Positions 45,765 to 54,053 of a stretch of DNA of 55,507 nt are shown here, piece by piece. The notes beneath the pieces were generated by a model, which was not told the DNA's origin, ran no database searches, and saw only the letters and a list, made by a program, of their open reading frames with translations. The position numbers and the translations under genes are program-made. The stretch covers positions 1-55,507 of the forward strand of contig CBFGJN010000003.1 in the NCBI GenBank assembly GCA_965649115.1, given 5' to 3'. This DNA is from a candidate division WOR-3 bacterium. Lineage in GTDB: Bacteria; Hydrothermota; Hydrothermia; LBFQ01; DSFT01. The first letter of the stretch is position 1. Every line of letters starts with the position of its first letter.

Positions 45765-45929
45765 TGCTGTGTCTAGTAATTCTGAAATATAGATTATTTC
45801 TTATTTTGCCCGCCCACCCTGAAAATAAGGCTTCGCCCCCCTATAATCCCCCATAAAATCAATAATTTCTTTAAAAATTTTATAAGTTATTGATAATCAA
45901 GGATTTAACAATAATTATTGGACAAAGCA
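45765..45929 (+). mobile_element. MITE-like element, copy O (165 bp) with perfect 9-bp TSD
   Basis: CTTATAAAT|TGCTGTGTCTAGTAAT...ATTATTGGACAAAGCA|CTTATAAAT. Confidence 0.95.
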
Positions 45930-45945
45930 CTTATAAATTTAACTT

Positions 45946-45951
45946 TAAAAT
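45946..45951 (+). promoter_or_regulatory. -10-like box ACTT-TAAAAT
   Basis: 7 nt before radA ATG 45959. Confidence 0.7.
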
Positions 45952-45958
45952 TTCAATA

Positions 45959-47218
45959 ATGTTTATATGTTCAAATTGTGGATATAAATCTTTAAAGTGG
46001 ATAGGAAGATGTCCAAATTGTCAAGAATGGGAAACATTAATAAAAGAAGATGAAATGAAAATTGAAACTAATAATCAAAACGTTGAAATTAAAAAATTAA
46101 AGGATTTAGAATATATTAAGGAAGAGAGACTTATCTCAAATATAAATGAATTTGATAGGGTTGTTGGTGGTGGTATTTTAAAGGGTTCTTTAATTTTAAT
46201 GGGAGGAGACCCTGGTGTTGGAAAATCAACTATTGCTTTACAATTAGCAAGTAGATTTAAATCGTTGTATATTAGTTCAGAAGAATCTTTAAATCAAGTC
46301 TTATCAAGAGCCAAAAGGATTGGAATAAATAATGATAATGTTTATATTGTTTGTGAAAGTAATTTGGATAGAATTTTAAATAATTTAAATGAAAGTTTTG
46401 ATTTAATTGTTATTGATTCAATACAAACGATATATTCAGATGAAATTCCTTCAAGTCCTGGCAGTGTTTCACAAATAAAGACATGTGCTTATAAATTACT
46501 TAAAGTTTCAAAATCAAGTAATACAGCAATTTTAATAATAGCTCACATTACAAAGGAAGGGGAAATATCAGGACCAAAATTATTAGAACATATCGTAGAT
46601 GTAGTTTTATATATGGAAACTAATGAAGCAAATTTAAGAATTTTAAGAAGTTATAAAAATCGTTTTGGACCCACAAATGAAATAGGAATTTTTGAGATGA
46701 CTGAAAAAGGATTAAAAGAAGTCAATAAACCCGAAAATTACTTCATTTCTGATATAAATTATGCTAAACCTTCAATAGCAAGAAGTATAATTTTAGAAGG
46801 ATTAAGACCACTAATTGTTGAAGTTCAAAGTTTAATAGTTAGAACATATTATCCAACACCGATAAGAAATTCAACGGGATATGATATTAGAAGATTAAAT
46901 ATGATTTTAGCTGTAATTGAAAAGTACCTAAATATAAAATTGAGAAATTATGATATTCATGTAAATATCGTTGGAGGAATTAGAGTTTCAGACCAAGCTA
47001 TTGATTTAGCTGTTGCTCTTTCTATAATTTCTGGATATAAGAATTTTCCTTTAAATCCAAAATTAGTTTATATTGGTGAAATAGGTTTGACAGGTGATAT
47101 TCACAAAGTTTTTCTAATGGATTTAAGAAAATCAGAAGCAAAAAGACTTGGTTTTGAAATTTATGAAAACAAAAAAACATTAATTGATACTTACAAGGAT
47201 ATTTTTGAAAATTTTTAG
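45959..47218 (+). CDS. radA: DNA repair protein RadA/Sms
   Basis: CSNCG..GRCPNC zinc finger, GGDPGVGKST, IDSIQT, KNRFG, Lon-like C-terminus; start moved out of the MITE. Confidence 0.96.
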   Translation: MFICSNCGYKSLKWIGRCPNCQEWETLIKEDEMKIETNNQNVEIKKLKDLEYIKEERLISNINEFDRVVGGGILKGSLILMGGDPGVGKSTIALQLASRFKSLYISSEESLNQVLSRAKRIGINNDNVYIVCESNLDRILNNLNESFDLIVIDSIQTIYSDEIPSSPGSVSQIKTCAYKLLKVSKSSNTAILIIAHITKEGEISGPKLLEHIVDVVLYMETNEANLRILRSYKNRFGPTNEIGIFEMTEKGLKEVNKPENYFISDINYAKPSIARSIILEGLRPLIVEVQSLIVRTYYPTPIRNSTGYDIRRLNMILAVIEKYLNIKLRNYDIHVNIVGGIRVSDQAIDLAVALSIISGYKNFPLNPKLVYIGEIGLTGDIHKVFLMDLRKSEAKRLGFEIYENKKTLIDTYKDIFENF

Positions 47219-47812
47219 AAATTCATTTGGCTTTTCAATGTGTGGCATATGACTACATTCATCAATAAAGTAATTTTTACAATTTAAAATTTCACTCGTT
47301 TTCAATAATTTTTCAATATCAACAATTTTATCATTTTTTCCTATTATGTGAAAACATAATATATTTTTTCTTTTGAATGTTTCTAAATACTTAAATGGAT
47401 TAAAATTATTTAGAATTTCAATATGATTTTTTAAAACATCAGAATTCTTAAACATCAAGTAATCTCTTTTTTTACAATCGTCAATAAACTTTTGGGAATA
47501 ATATAATTTTTCGCAAATTTCTTCTTTATCCAAATTTAAATTAAATTTTTCAAAAATAGCACCATTTACTAAAATAAGTGCTTGAATATTATTAAAAATT
47601 GTTGAAAAGTAGTATCCTATTGAACCACCCATAGAATGCCCAATTATTATAATTTTTGAATTGAAATAGTCTTTAAAGTAATCCGCATAATTTTCAATTT
47701 CATTAGCTTTTGGTAAATCAACATTTATTATTTCAAAATTTTTTAATTCTCTTGTAATTAAAAGCCAATTTAAATGCGAACCTCCTGCACCATGAATGAA
47801 AAATAATTTCAT
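47180..47812 (-). CDS. Alpha/beta hydrolase
   Basis: HGAGG, GHSMGG, GKNDKIV, CSHMPH. Confidence 0.85.
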   Translation of the reverse strand: MKLFFIHGAGGSHLNWLLITRELKNFEIINVDLPKANEIENYADYFKDYFNSKIIIIGHSMGGSIGYYFSTIFNNIQALILVNGAIFEKFNLNLDKEEICEKLYYSQKFIDDCKKRDYLMFKNSDVLKNHIEILNNFNPFKYLETFKRKNILCFHIIGKNDKIVDIEKLLKTSEILNCKNYFIDECSHMPHIEKPNEFLKIFKNILVSIN

Positions 47813-47860
47813 TTAATCAGGTAAAGAAAAAATTCCACTCATTAAAATTCCTGACAAACC

Positions 47861-48529
47861 CTAAAGCAAAGAGGCAGAGTATATATAAATAAATTGTTCA
47901 TTTGATAAATAAACGACAAAAAATATATCTGCTAATAAAAAGATAATTCCTGCTATTGAACCAATTATCCATCTTTTTCCAAGATCACTACCCCAAAATA
48001 TCCTCAAATCAATAATAGCAAATGTTGCAAGAATATAACCAAGAATTATTAGTACTAAATGGTAATAAAATTTTTCATCAAATTTGTAATTATTAATGAG
48101 TAATGAATAACCAACTACCAAAAGTAATATAAAAATTCCAAGGACTTGCAAAGCTTCACCAAGTGTAAGGCCATATCCACTTCTCATAAGTTGAATAAAC
48201 ATATAAACAACTGCACTTGCAAATGATAAATGCCCAATATATAGTAATGGATAAACGATGTAGTTTTCAAAATCAAATTGAATTAAGAAGAATCCAATAG
48301 CAAGTAAGAACCCTCCAAGCCCAAGCAGAAATGTTAATTTTCCTCTTGCAGTTTTTATACCAATTGTAATAAATGCCCTTCTCATTGAAACAATAAAGAA
48401 AACTATAAATAGTACTGCTGGAATTGAAAGGGAATAGATTGGACTATAAGGATTAAAGAAAAGGTAATAAATTCCAAGAACAATCCACAAGGTTATATTA
48501 AATAATGTTATAAAGAATGTGAAGTTCAT
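47861..48529 (-). CDS. Hypothetical polytopic membrane protein (about 7 TM), apparently cut by an in-frame TAG
   Basis: Hydrophobic throughout; the frame stays open 15 codons past TAG to TAA 47815-47813, which abuts the next ATG. Confidence 0.6.
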   Translation of the reverse strand: MNFTFFITLFNITLWIVLGIYYLFFNPYSPIYSLSIPAVLFIVFFIVSMRRAFITIGIKTARGKLTFLLGLGGFLLAIGFFLIQFDFENYIVYPLLYIGHLSFASAVVYMFIQLMRSGYGLTLGEALQVLGIFILLLVVGYSLLINNYKFDEKFYYHLVLIILGYILATFAIIDLRIFWGSDLGKRWIIGSIAGIIFLLADIFFVVYLSNEQFIYIYSASLL

Positions 48530-48535
48530 ATTGAA

Positions 48536-48541
48536 ATTTTA
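48536..48541 (-). promoter_or_regulatory. -10-like box ACTT-TAAAAT
   Basis: 6 nt before ATG 48529. Confidence 0.7.
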
Positions 48542-48564
48542 AAGTTTAGAGAATTATTGCAAGG

Positions 48565-48589
48565 ACTTTCAGAATTATTAGACATAGCA
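48565..48589 (-). repeat. Solo MITE left-end fragment
   Basis: Reverse complement TGCTATGTCTAATAATTCTGAAAGT matches the start of copy K. Confidence 0.7.
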
Positions 48590-48605
48590 CACACCATTTA
48601 AAAAT

Positions 48606-48784
48606 TGCTTTGTCTAGTAAATAATATTAAGTTGCTGATTAATTATGAATTTTACGGGGGGACTTTATGGGGGGCAGAGCCCCCCACTGCCGAAAAATGG
48701 GCATTTTAAAGCCGTAGGCTTTAATTTTGGGCGGGTGGGGAAAACATAGAAAAATAAATAGTATCAGAATTATTGGACAAAACA
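48606..48784 (-). mobile_element. MITE-like element, copy P with perfect 9-bp TSD
   Basis: TTTAAAAAT|TGCTTTGTCTAGTAA...TTATTGGACAAAACA|TTTAAAAAT; GGGGGGC-AGA-GCCCCCC; AAAGCC-GTA-GGCTTT. Confidence 0.92.
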
Positions 48785-48799
48785 TTTAAAAATCACCTT

Positions 48800-48805
48800 T
48801 AAACT
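48800..48805 (+). promoter_or_regulatory. -10-like box CCTT-TAAACT
   Basis: 5 nt before TTG 48811 (or 8 nt before TTG 48814). Confidence 0.6.
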
Positions 48806-48810
48806 TTCAA

Positions 48811-49518
48811 TTGTTGATAATTTTCCTTTTATTTGACTTACCAAATGACCCAAAAACATTATATGAAGTTGCATTAAATGAATTTAAAAACAAAAATTAT
48901 AAGCAAGCTGAAAAAATTTTAAAAAGAATTATTTATTCGTTTTCACCTAATGAATGGACTGATAAAGCACAGTTTTATTTAGCACTTTTATATTATGAAA
49001 TAAAAAATTATGAACTTGCAAAGATTGAAGCAGAATTCTTTGTAAATAATTTTAAATATAGTGAATTTTATCCAAATGGTTTAATTTTACTTGCAAAAAT
49101 TTATTATAAATTATCACCAAATCCACATAAAGATATATCTGAACTTAACAAAGCAATTGAAATTTTAAATAGAGTTAAAACATTGTATCCAAGTTATAGT
49201 CAATCAGCTGATAGTATAATGTTCCTAATTAGAAAAAAATTTGCCCAAAAAATTTTAATTTCTGCCAATGTTTATAGAAACATTGAAAAACCAAAATCAG
49301 AAGCAATTTACCTTGAATACTACTTAAATAATTACATTGATATTGAACCTGATTCAGTAGCATATAGACTACTTGAAATATACGAAACTTTAAATGAAAA
49401 AGAAAAAATTATTAATTTAACTGAATTAATTCTCAAAGGTGATAATTTTTCTTCATGGATAAAAAAAGTAGCCCTTGAGAAACGAGATAAATATGGCTAT
49501 CGCTCTGATAGGAGGTAG
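48811..49518 (+). CDS. bamD: Outer membrane protein assembly factor BamD
   Basis: TPR pattern LYEVALNEFKNKNY..DKAQFYLA..FVNNFKYS; KFAQKILISANVY; no lipobox visible. Confidence 0.8.
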   Translation: MLIIFLLFDLPNDPKTLYEVALNEFKNKNYKQAEKILKRIIYSFSPNEWTDKAQFYLALLYYEIKNYELAKIEAEFFVNNFKYSEFYPNGLILLAKIYYKLSPNPHKDISELNKAIEILNRVKTLYPSYSQSADSIMFLIRKKFAQKILISANVYRNIEKPKSEAIYLEYYLNNYIDIEPDSVAYRLLEIYETLNEKEKIINLTELILKGDNFSSWIKKVALEKRDKYGYRSDRR

Positions 49519-50065
49519 ATTTGATCCAATTCATATTGGGCATCTTATTATAGCAGAAGATTTATTAGAGATTTTAAATGTTGAAAAAGTTATATTTCTT
49601 TTAAGTCATAATCCACCGCATAAAGTTGTTTATTCAAGCTTTGAAGATAGATTTAACATGATAAAAATAGCTATCAATAACTATAAAAAATTTGAAGTTT
49701 GGGATATTGAAAAAAGAATGAATTTAGAAAAAAGTTATAGTTTTTTAGTACTAAAAGAAATTTTAAGGATAGGTTATAAAAATTTATACTTTGTAATAGG
49801 TTCAGATCAATTTGAAAACTTTAAAAGTTGGTATAATTACGAGGAGATTCTTAATATGGTTAATGTTGTTGTTGTTCAAAGACCTTCAAAAAATTATAAC
49901 TATCCAAGAGAATTATTAAACAAAGTCAAAATTTTAAATAATAGATTAATTGAAGTTTCATCGTCGGAAATTAGGAAAAGAATTAAAGAAAATAGAGAGT
50001 TTAAATTTCTTGTTCCTTATGGTGTTTATGAGTATATTATAGAGAAAAAATTGTACCTTATTTGA
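49493..50065 (+). CDS. nadD: Nicotinate-nucleotide adenylyltransferase
   Basis: GGRFDPIHIGH, PPHK, FVIGSD, VSSSEIR; start moved to MAIAL. Confidence 0.93.
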   Translation: MAIALIGGRFDPIHIGHLIIAEDLLEILNVEKVIFLLSHNPPHKVVYSSFEDRFNMIKIAINNYKKFEVWDIEKRMNLEKSYSFLVLKEILRIGYKNLYFVIGSDQFENFKSWYNYEEILNMVNVVVVQRPSKNYNYPRELLNKVKILNNRLIEVSSSEIRKRIKENREFKFLVPYGVYEYIIEKKLYLI

Positions 50066-50084
50066 AATTGAAGCATTTAAATTT

Positions 50085-50260
50085 GGCTTTGTTCAGCGAT
50101 TATTGTTAAGTATGATAATCAATCACCTATAAAAAATTCGCTAAAATGCTTGAAATAATGGAGTGAATTTAGGGGGAGCGGAGCTCCCATAGCCGAAATA
50201 TGGGTATTTATAAAGCTCCGCTTTATTTCGTAGGGTGGGTGAGCAAAATCATAATTACTT
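50085..50260 (-). mobile_element. MITE-like repeat, degenerate copy Q
   Basis: GGCTTTGTTCAGCGAT end, TGATAATCAA, GGGAGC-GGA-GCTCCC, AAATATGGGTAT, AAAGC-TCC-GCTTT, AGGGTGGGTG. Confidence 0.8.
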
Positions 50261-50270
50261 TTATGTCCTT

Positions 50271-50276
50271 TAAACT
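50271..50276 (+). promoter_or_regulatory. -10-like box CCTT-TAAACT
   Basis: 8 nt before gyrB ATG. Confidence 0.65.
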
Positions 50277-50284
50277 TTTGATAT

Positions 50285-52192
50285 ATGCAAATGTTTGATT
50301 ACACTGCTGAAAGTATAAAAAGATTAAAGGGATTAGAAGGTGTTAGAAAAAGACCCGCAATGTACATTGGTGATGTTGGTAAAAAAGGTTTTCATCATTT
50401 AGCTTTTGAAATAATAGATAATGCAATTGATGAGGTGCTTGCTGGATTTGCAAATTATGTAAAAGTAGTAATTCATAAAGATAATAGCGTCTCAGTTGAA
50501 GATAATGGAAGAGGAATACCTATTGATATTCATCCAGAAACAGGAACACCAGCAGTTGAAGTTGTATTTATGGAACTTCACGCAGGTGGTAAATTTGAAA
50601 GGAATATATATAAAATTTCGGGAGGGCTTCATGGTGTTGGAGCAAGTGTAGTTAATGCTTTATCTGAATGGACAGAAGTTTTTGTGAAAAGAAATGGAAA
50701 TTTATATAGAATGAAATTTTCAAGAGGTAAGAAAGTAGAGGATTTAAAAATTGTTTCAAAGGCAAATGGGACAGGGACTATTGTTAGATTTAAACCTGAT
50801 AAGGAGATATTTACAGATTACCCTAAACTTGAATTTGATTATGACTATATTGCTAATCGTTTAAGAGAAATTGCATTTTTAGTTCCAAATGTAAAAATTG
50901 AACTTATTGATGAAAGAACAAATAAGAGAGAGATTTTTCACTATCCAAGAGGTATAGTAGATTTTATTGATTACATTGATATTTCAAGAAAACACATTAC
51001 ACCAACATTTTGGACAAAATTTACAAATAACAGTGAAGAATTTATGGAAATTGAAATAGCACTTGCATATAATGAAGGTTATGATGAAGTCATAATTTCA
51101 TTTGTAAATACAGTTAATACTAAGGAGGGAGGAACTCATGTAACGGGATTTAAAAGTGCCTTAACCAAAGCAATTAATGATATAGGAAGAAAAATGAATT
51201 TAATAAAGAAAGAACCATTACAGGGTGAAGATGTTAGAGAAGGATTGACTGCCATAATTCATGCAAAACTTTCCAATCCTATATTTGAAGGTCAAACGAA
51301 GATAAAACTTGGAAATGATAGTGTTAGAAGTTTTGTAGAAGTAAATTTTTATGAAAAGTTTTCAAGATTTTTAGAGGAAAATCCAAAAATTGCTCAAATT
51401 ATAATAAACAAAGCATTAGAAAACCAAAAAGCAAGACTTGCTGCTAAAAAAGCAAAGGAAATTGTTAGAAGAAAGAGTTTTATTGAAAATGATAGTCTTC
51501 CAGGAAAATTAGCTGATTGTATAACGAAAGAAAGGGAAAGAGCTGAATTGTTTATCGTTGAAGGTGAGAGTGCGGGAGGTTCTGCTAAACAAGGTAGAAA
51601 TAGAGAATTTCAAGCGATATTACCATTAAAAGGTAAAATTTTAAATGTTGAAAAGAAAGGTTTAGATAAAGCATTAGATAATGAAGAATTAAAAACAATT
51701 ATTTCTGCTCTTGGTTGTGGAATAAAGGAAAATTGTAATCCAAATGAATGTAGATATGGCAAAATTATTATTATGACTGATGCGGATATAGATGGTGCCC
51801 ATATTAGAACATTATTACTCACTTTATTTTATAGATATTTTTATAATCTTATTGAAGCAGGAATGGTTTATATAGCTCAACCTCCTCTATATAGGATTCA
51901 AAAAGGCAAAATTATAAAATATGCTTATTCAGATGAAGAATTAAGTAAAATTTTAAAGGAAATAGGTTCAGAAAATGTTATGATTCAAAGGTATAAGGGT
52001 CTTGGAGAAATGAATCCTGAACAACTTTGGGAAACAACGATGAATCCAAAAACAAGAGTTTTAAAAAAAATTACTATTGAAGATGCAGCTGAGGCTGAAA
52101 GGTGGGTTTCGGTATGTATGGGTCTTGATGTATCGCCAAGAAAAGAATTTATTGAAAAATATGCTTTAAGTATTAAGGAACTTGATATATGA
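50285..52192 (+). CDS. gyrB: DNA gyrase / type II topoisomerase subunit B
   Basis: RKRPAMYIG, EIIDNAIDE, DNGRGIP, GGLHGVG, VEGESAGG, TDADIDG, YKGLGEM, C-terminal ELDI. Confidence 0.93.
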   Translation: MQMFDYTAESIKRLKGLEGVRKRPAMYIGDVGKKGFHHLAFEIIDNAIDEVLAGFANYVKVVIHKDNSVSVEDNGRGIPIDIHPETGTPAVEVVFMELHAGGKFERNIYKISGGLHGVGASVVNALSEWTEVFVKRNGNLYRMKFSRGKKVEDLKIVSKANGTGTIVRFKPDKEIFTDYPKLEFDYDYIANRLREIAFLVPNVKIELIDERTNKREIFHYPRGIVDFIDYIDISRKHITPTFWTKFTNNSEEFMEIEIALAYNEGYDEVIISFVNTVNTKEGGTHVTGFKSALTKAINDIGRKMNLIKKEPLQGEDVREGLTAIIHAKLSNPIFEGQTKIKLGNDSVRSFVEVNFYEKFSRFLEENPKIAQIIINKALENQKARLAAKKAKEIVRRKSFIENDSLPGKLADCITKERERAELFIVEGESAGGSAKQGRNREFQAILPLKGKILNVEKKGLDKALDNEELKTIISALGCGIKENCNPNECRYGKIIIMTDADIDGAHIRTLLLTLFYRYFYNLIEAGMVYIAQPPLYRIQKGKIIKYAYSDEELSKILKEIGSENVMIQRYKGLGEMNPEQLWETTMNPKTRVLKKITIEDAAEAERWVSVCMGLDVSPRKEFIEKYALSIKELDI

Positions 52193-52407
52193 ATTATAGA
52201 GAGCTAATTGAAATTATGAATGGAATTAAAGATTTATATGAAAGAATAAAAAAGTTTCATCAAACTACAAAAAGGACACTTTTTTTAGTGGAAACGAGAT
52301 TGAGATTCAAACTTTGTTCAATTTTAGTTATTTTAGTTTTAAATTTAACAATAACCTTGTTAATGCTATGGATTTTAATAAAACTTTTGGGGATAGTGAG
52401 AAGTTAA
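52189..52407 (+). CDS. Small protein: coiled-coil-like N-terminus plus C-terminal TM helix
   Basis: ATGA overlap with the gyrB stop; hydrophobic ILVILVLNLTITLLMLWILIKLLG. Confidence 0.5.
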   Translation: MNYRELIEIMNGIKDLYERIKKFHQTTKRTLFLVETRLRFKLCSILVILVLNLTITLLMLWILIKLLGIVRS

Positions 52408-53510
52408 GAATTAGATATTTTGAAATTGAAGAGTTTGAAGATGGATATAGAGTTATTGATCCTTTTGGATTTTTTGAAGATTTATTTTTTACAAAAGAAG
52501 CATTATATTTAATTAGTTTGTTTGATGGAACAAGAACAATAGACCAAGTAAAATTAGATTTTTTTAAAGCTACAAATATAATGCTTTCTGATAGTGAGAT
52601 ATTGAATTTTATAAACCAAATGGATAACTACTATTTATTTTATAATGAGAAATTTATAAACAGGTTCGAAGAAGAGAGAAAAAAAATTTTAGATTTGGAA
52701 TATAAACCCATTGAAATGATTGAAAATATAAGTCAGGTTAAAAACTTCATTAAGCAAAATCTAACTGATGACTTTGAAAATGATATAATTGCTTTAATTG
52801 TTCCACATATTGATTTAAGAATAGCTATGGATACCTATCTAAAAACTTACTCAAAAATTAAAAATTTAAAAAGAAAAATTTTTATTATATTTGGAGTTGC
52901 TCATTCTGTCCATTTAACACCATTTTCAATATTTCCTAAAAACTACTTTACTGATAGAATCGTAAAAGTTAATAACGAAATTATAGAAAAAATTAGAAAT
53001 TTGTTTGGTTATGATATTCATTTTGATGTACTAGCTTATAGAGATGAACATTCAGTTGAATTTCCAATTTTATTCATTGATAGTTTATTTGAAGAATTTT
53101 CAATAATTCCATCAATTATTGCTTATGCTAATAATAAGGAGGACTTAAAAACAATTGCTTATAGAATATACGAAGTTATTAGAAACTATAAAGATGAGAT
53201 ATTTTTAATATCAAGTATTGATTTAAGTCACGTTGGAAAAAAATTTGGTGATAGTGAATATTATAACCCAAAGGAAATTGATATGGAATATATTAAATAT
53301 ATTTTAGAATTTGAAAATGATAAGGCTTTTGAATTTTTAAAAAATTCTCAAAATCAAACGAGAATTGATGGACAATTTACAAATTATGTATTTCTTGAAA
53401 TTTTAAAATTATTAAATGTTAAAAAATCTCAAATTATTGAATATAAAAATTATTATGAGGAATTGACGGATTCAGGTGTTAGCTATTGCTCTATTAGTTT
53501 TCATATCTAA
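52368..53510 (+). CDS. AmmeMemoRadiSam system protein B (MEMO1 family) with N-terminal extension
   Basis: IVPHID, GVAH, EHSVEFPILF, SSIDLSHVG; start uncertain (ATG 52368 vs TTG 52314). Confidence 0.82.
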   Translation: MDFNKTFGDSEKLRIRYFEIEEFEDGYRVIDPFGFFEDLFFTKEALYLISLFDGTRTIDQVKLDFFKATNIMLSDSEILNFINQMDNYYLFYNEKFINRFEEERKKILDLEYKPIEMIENISQVKNFIKQNLTDDFENDIIALIVPHIDLRIAMDTYLKTYSKIKNLKRKIFIIFGVAHSVHLTPFSIFPKNYFTDRIVKVNNEIIEKIRNLFGYDIHFDVLAYRDEHSVEFPILFIDSLFEEFSIIPSIIAYANNKEDLKTIAYRIYEVIRNYKDEIFLISSIDLSHVGKKFGDSEYYNPKEIDMEYIKYILEFENDKAFEFLKNSQNQTRIDGQFTNYVFLEILKLLNVKKSQIIEYKNYYEELTDSGVSYCSISFHI

Positions 53511-54053
53511 AATCCACACTTCTCCATTCTTTTGCTTGTAATTCCAAAATAATTTCCAATCTAAATTGTTCAAAATAAAAAATATAATACCATTTGTAAG
53601 TTGATGTCCAACAATTAGGACATTTTCGTAGTTTTTACTTTCCAAATCTTCTAAAAATGCTCTTGCTCTACTAACAACTTGTAAAAATGTCTCTCCGTTT
53701 GGGGGATTATATAAGAATGGATTTTCTCTTACTTTAATGAAAAATTCTTTATTTTCATTAATAATAACAGAAGATTTCTTCCCTTCCCAATCACCCATAT
53801 TTTGCTCCCTTAAACGATTATCTAAAATAATTGAACTTTTATATTTGTTTATTTTGTTTATAATTTCAGAAGTTTGAATAGCTCTTTTTAGATCAGAAGA
53901 ATATATAACATCAAACTTTATATCTTTCAATTTTTCTCCTAATTCAATTGATTGTTTTATTCCGTTTTCATTTAATTCAAGATCAGTCCATCCTTGAATT
54001 AAATCATTTAAGTTGTAATCCGTTTGACCGTGACGAACTAAGTAAATTTTCAT
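53472..54053 (-). CDS. Histidine phosphatase (PGM-like) family
   Basis: LVRHGQT, SSDLKRA, LREQNMGDWEG, VGH. Confidence 0.92.
   Translation of the reverse strand: MKIYLVRHGQTDYNLNDLIQGWTDLELNENGIKQSIELGEKLKDIKFDVIYSSDLKRAIQTSEIINKINKYKSSIILDNRLREQNMGDWEGKKSSVIINENKEFFIKVRENPFLYNPPNGETFLQVVSRARAFLEDLESKNYENVLIVGHQLTNGIIFFILNNLDWKLFWNYKQKNGEVWILDMKTNRAIANT

Noticed and set aside
47861-47863. Genome-wide TAG reassignment or pyrrolysine
   Set aside because: TAG is the normal stop of gmk (16340) and of the genes ending at 2298 and 8204, and no pyl genes are present.
30451-49492. Long N-terminal extensions called for queD (30451), radA (45890) and nadD (49475), and likewise nfeD (22125) and the 8204 gene (10495)
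   Set aside because: They run through the upstream gene, a promoter motif or a MITE. Family homology and initiation signals begin at the downstream ATG.
52189-53510. 72-aa ORF and MEMO gene as one frameshifted gene
   Set aside because: The MEMO-type N-terminal extension is complete from about 52368, and the 72-aa ORF ends in its own TM helix.
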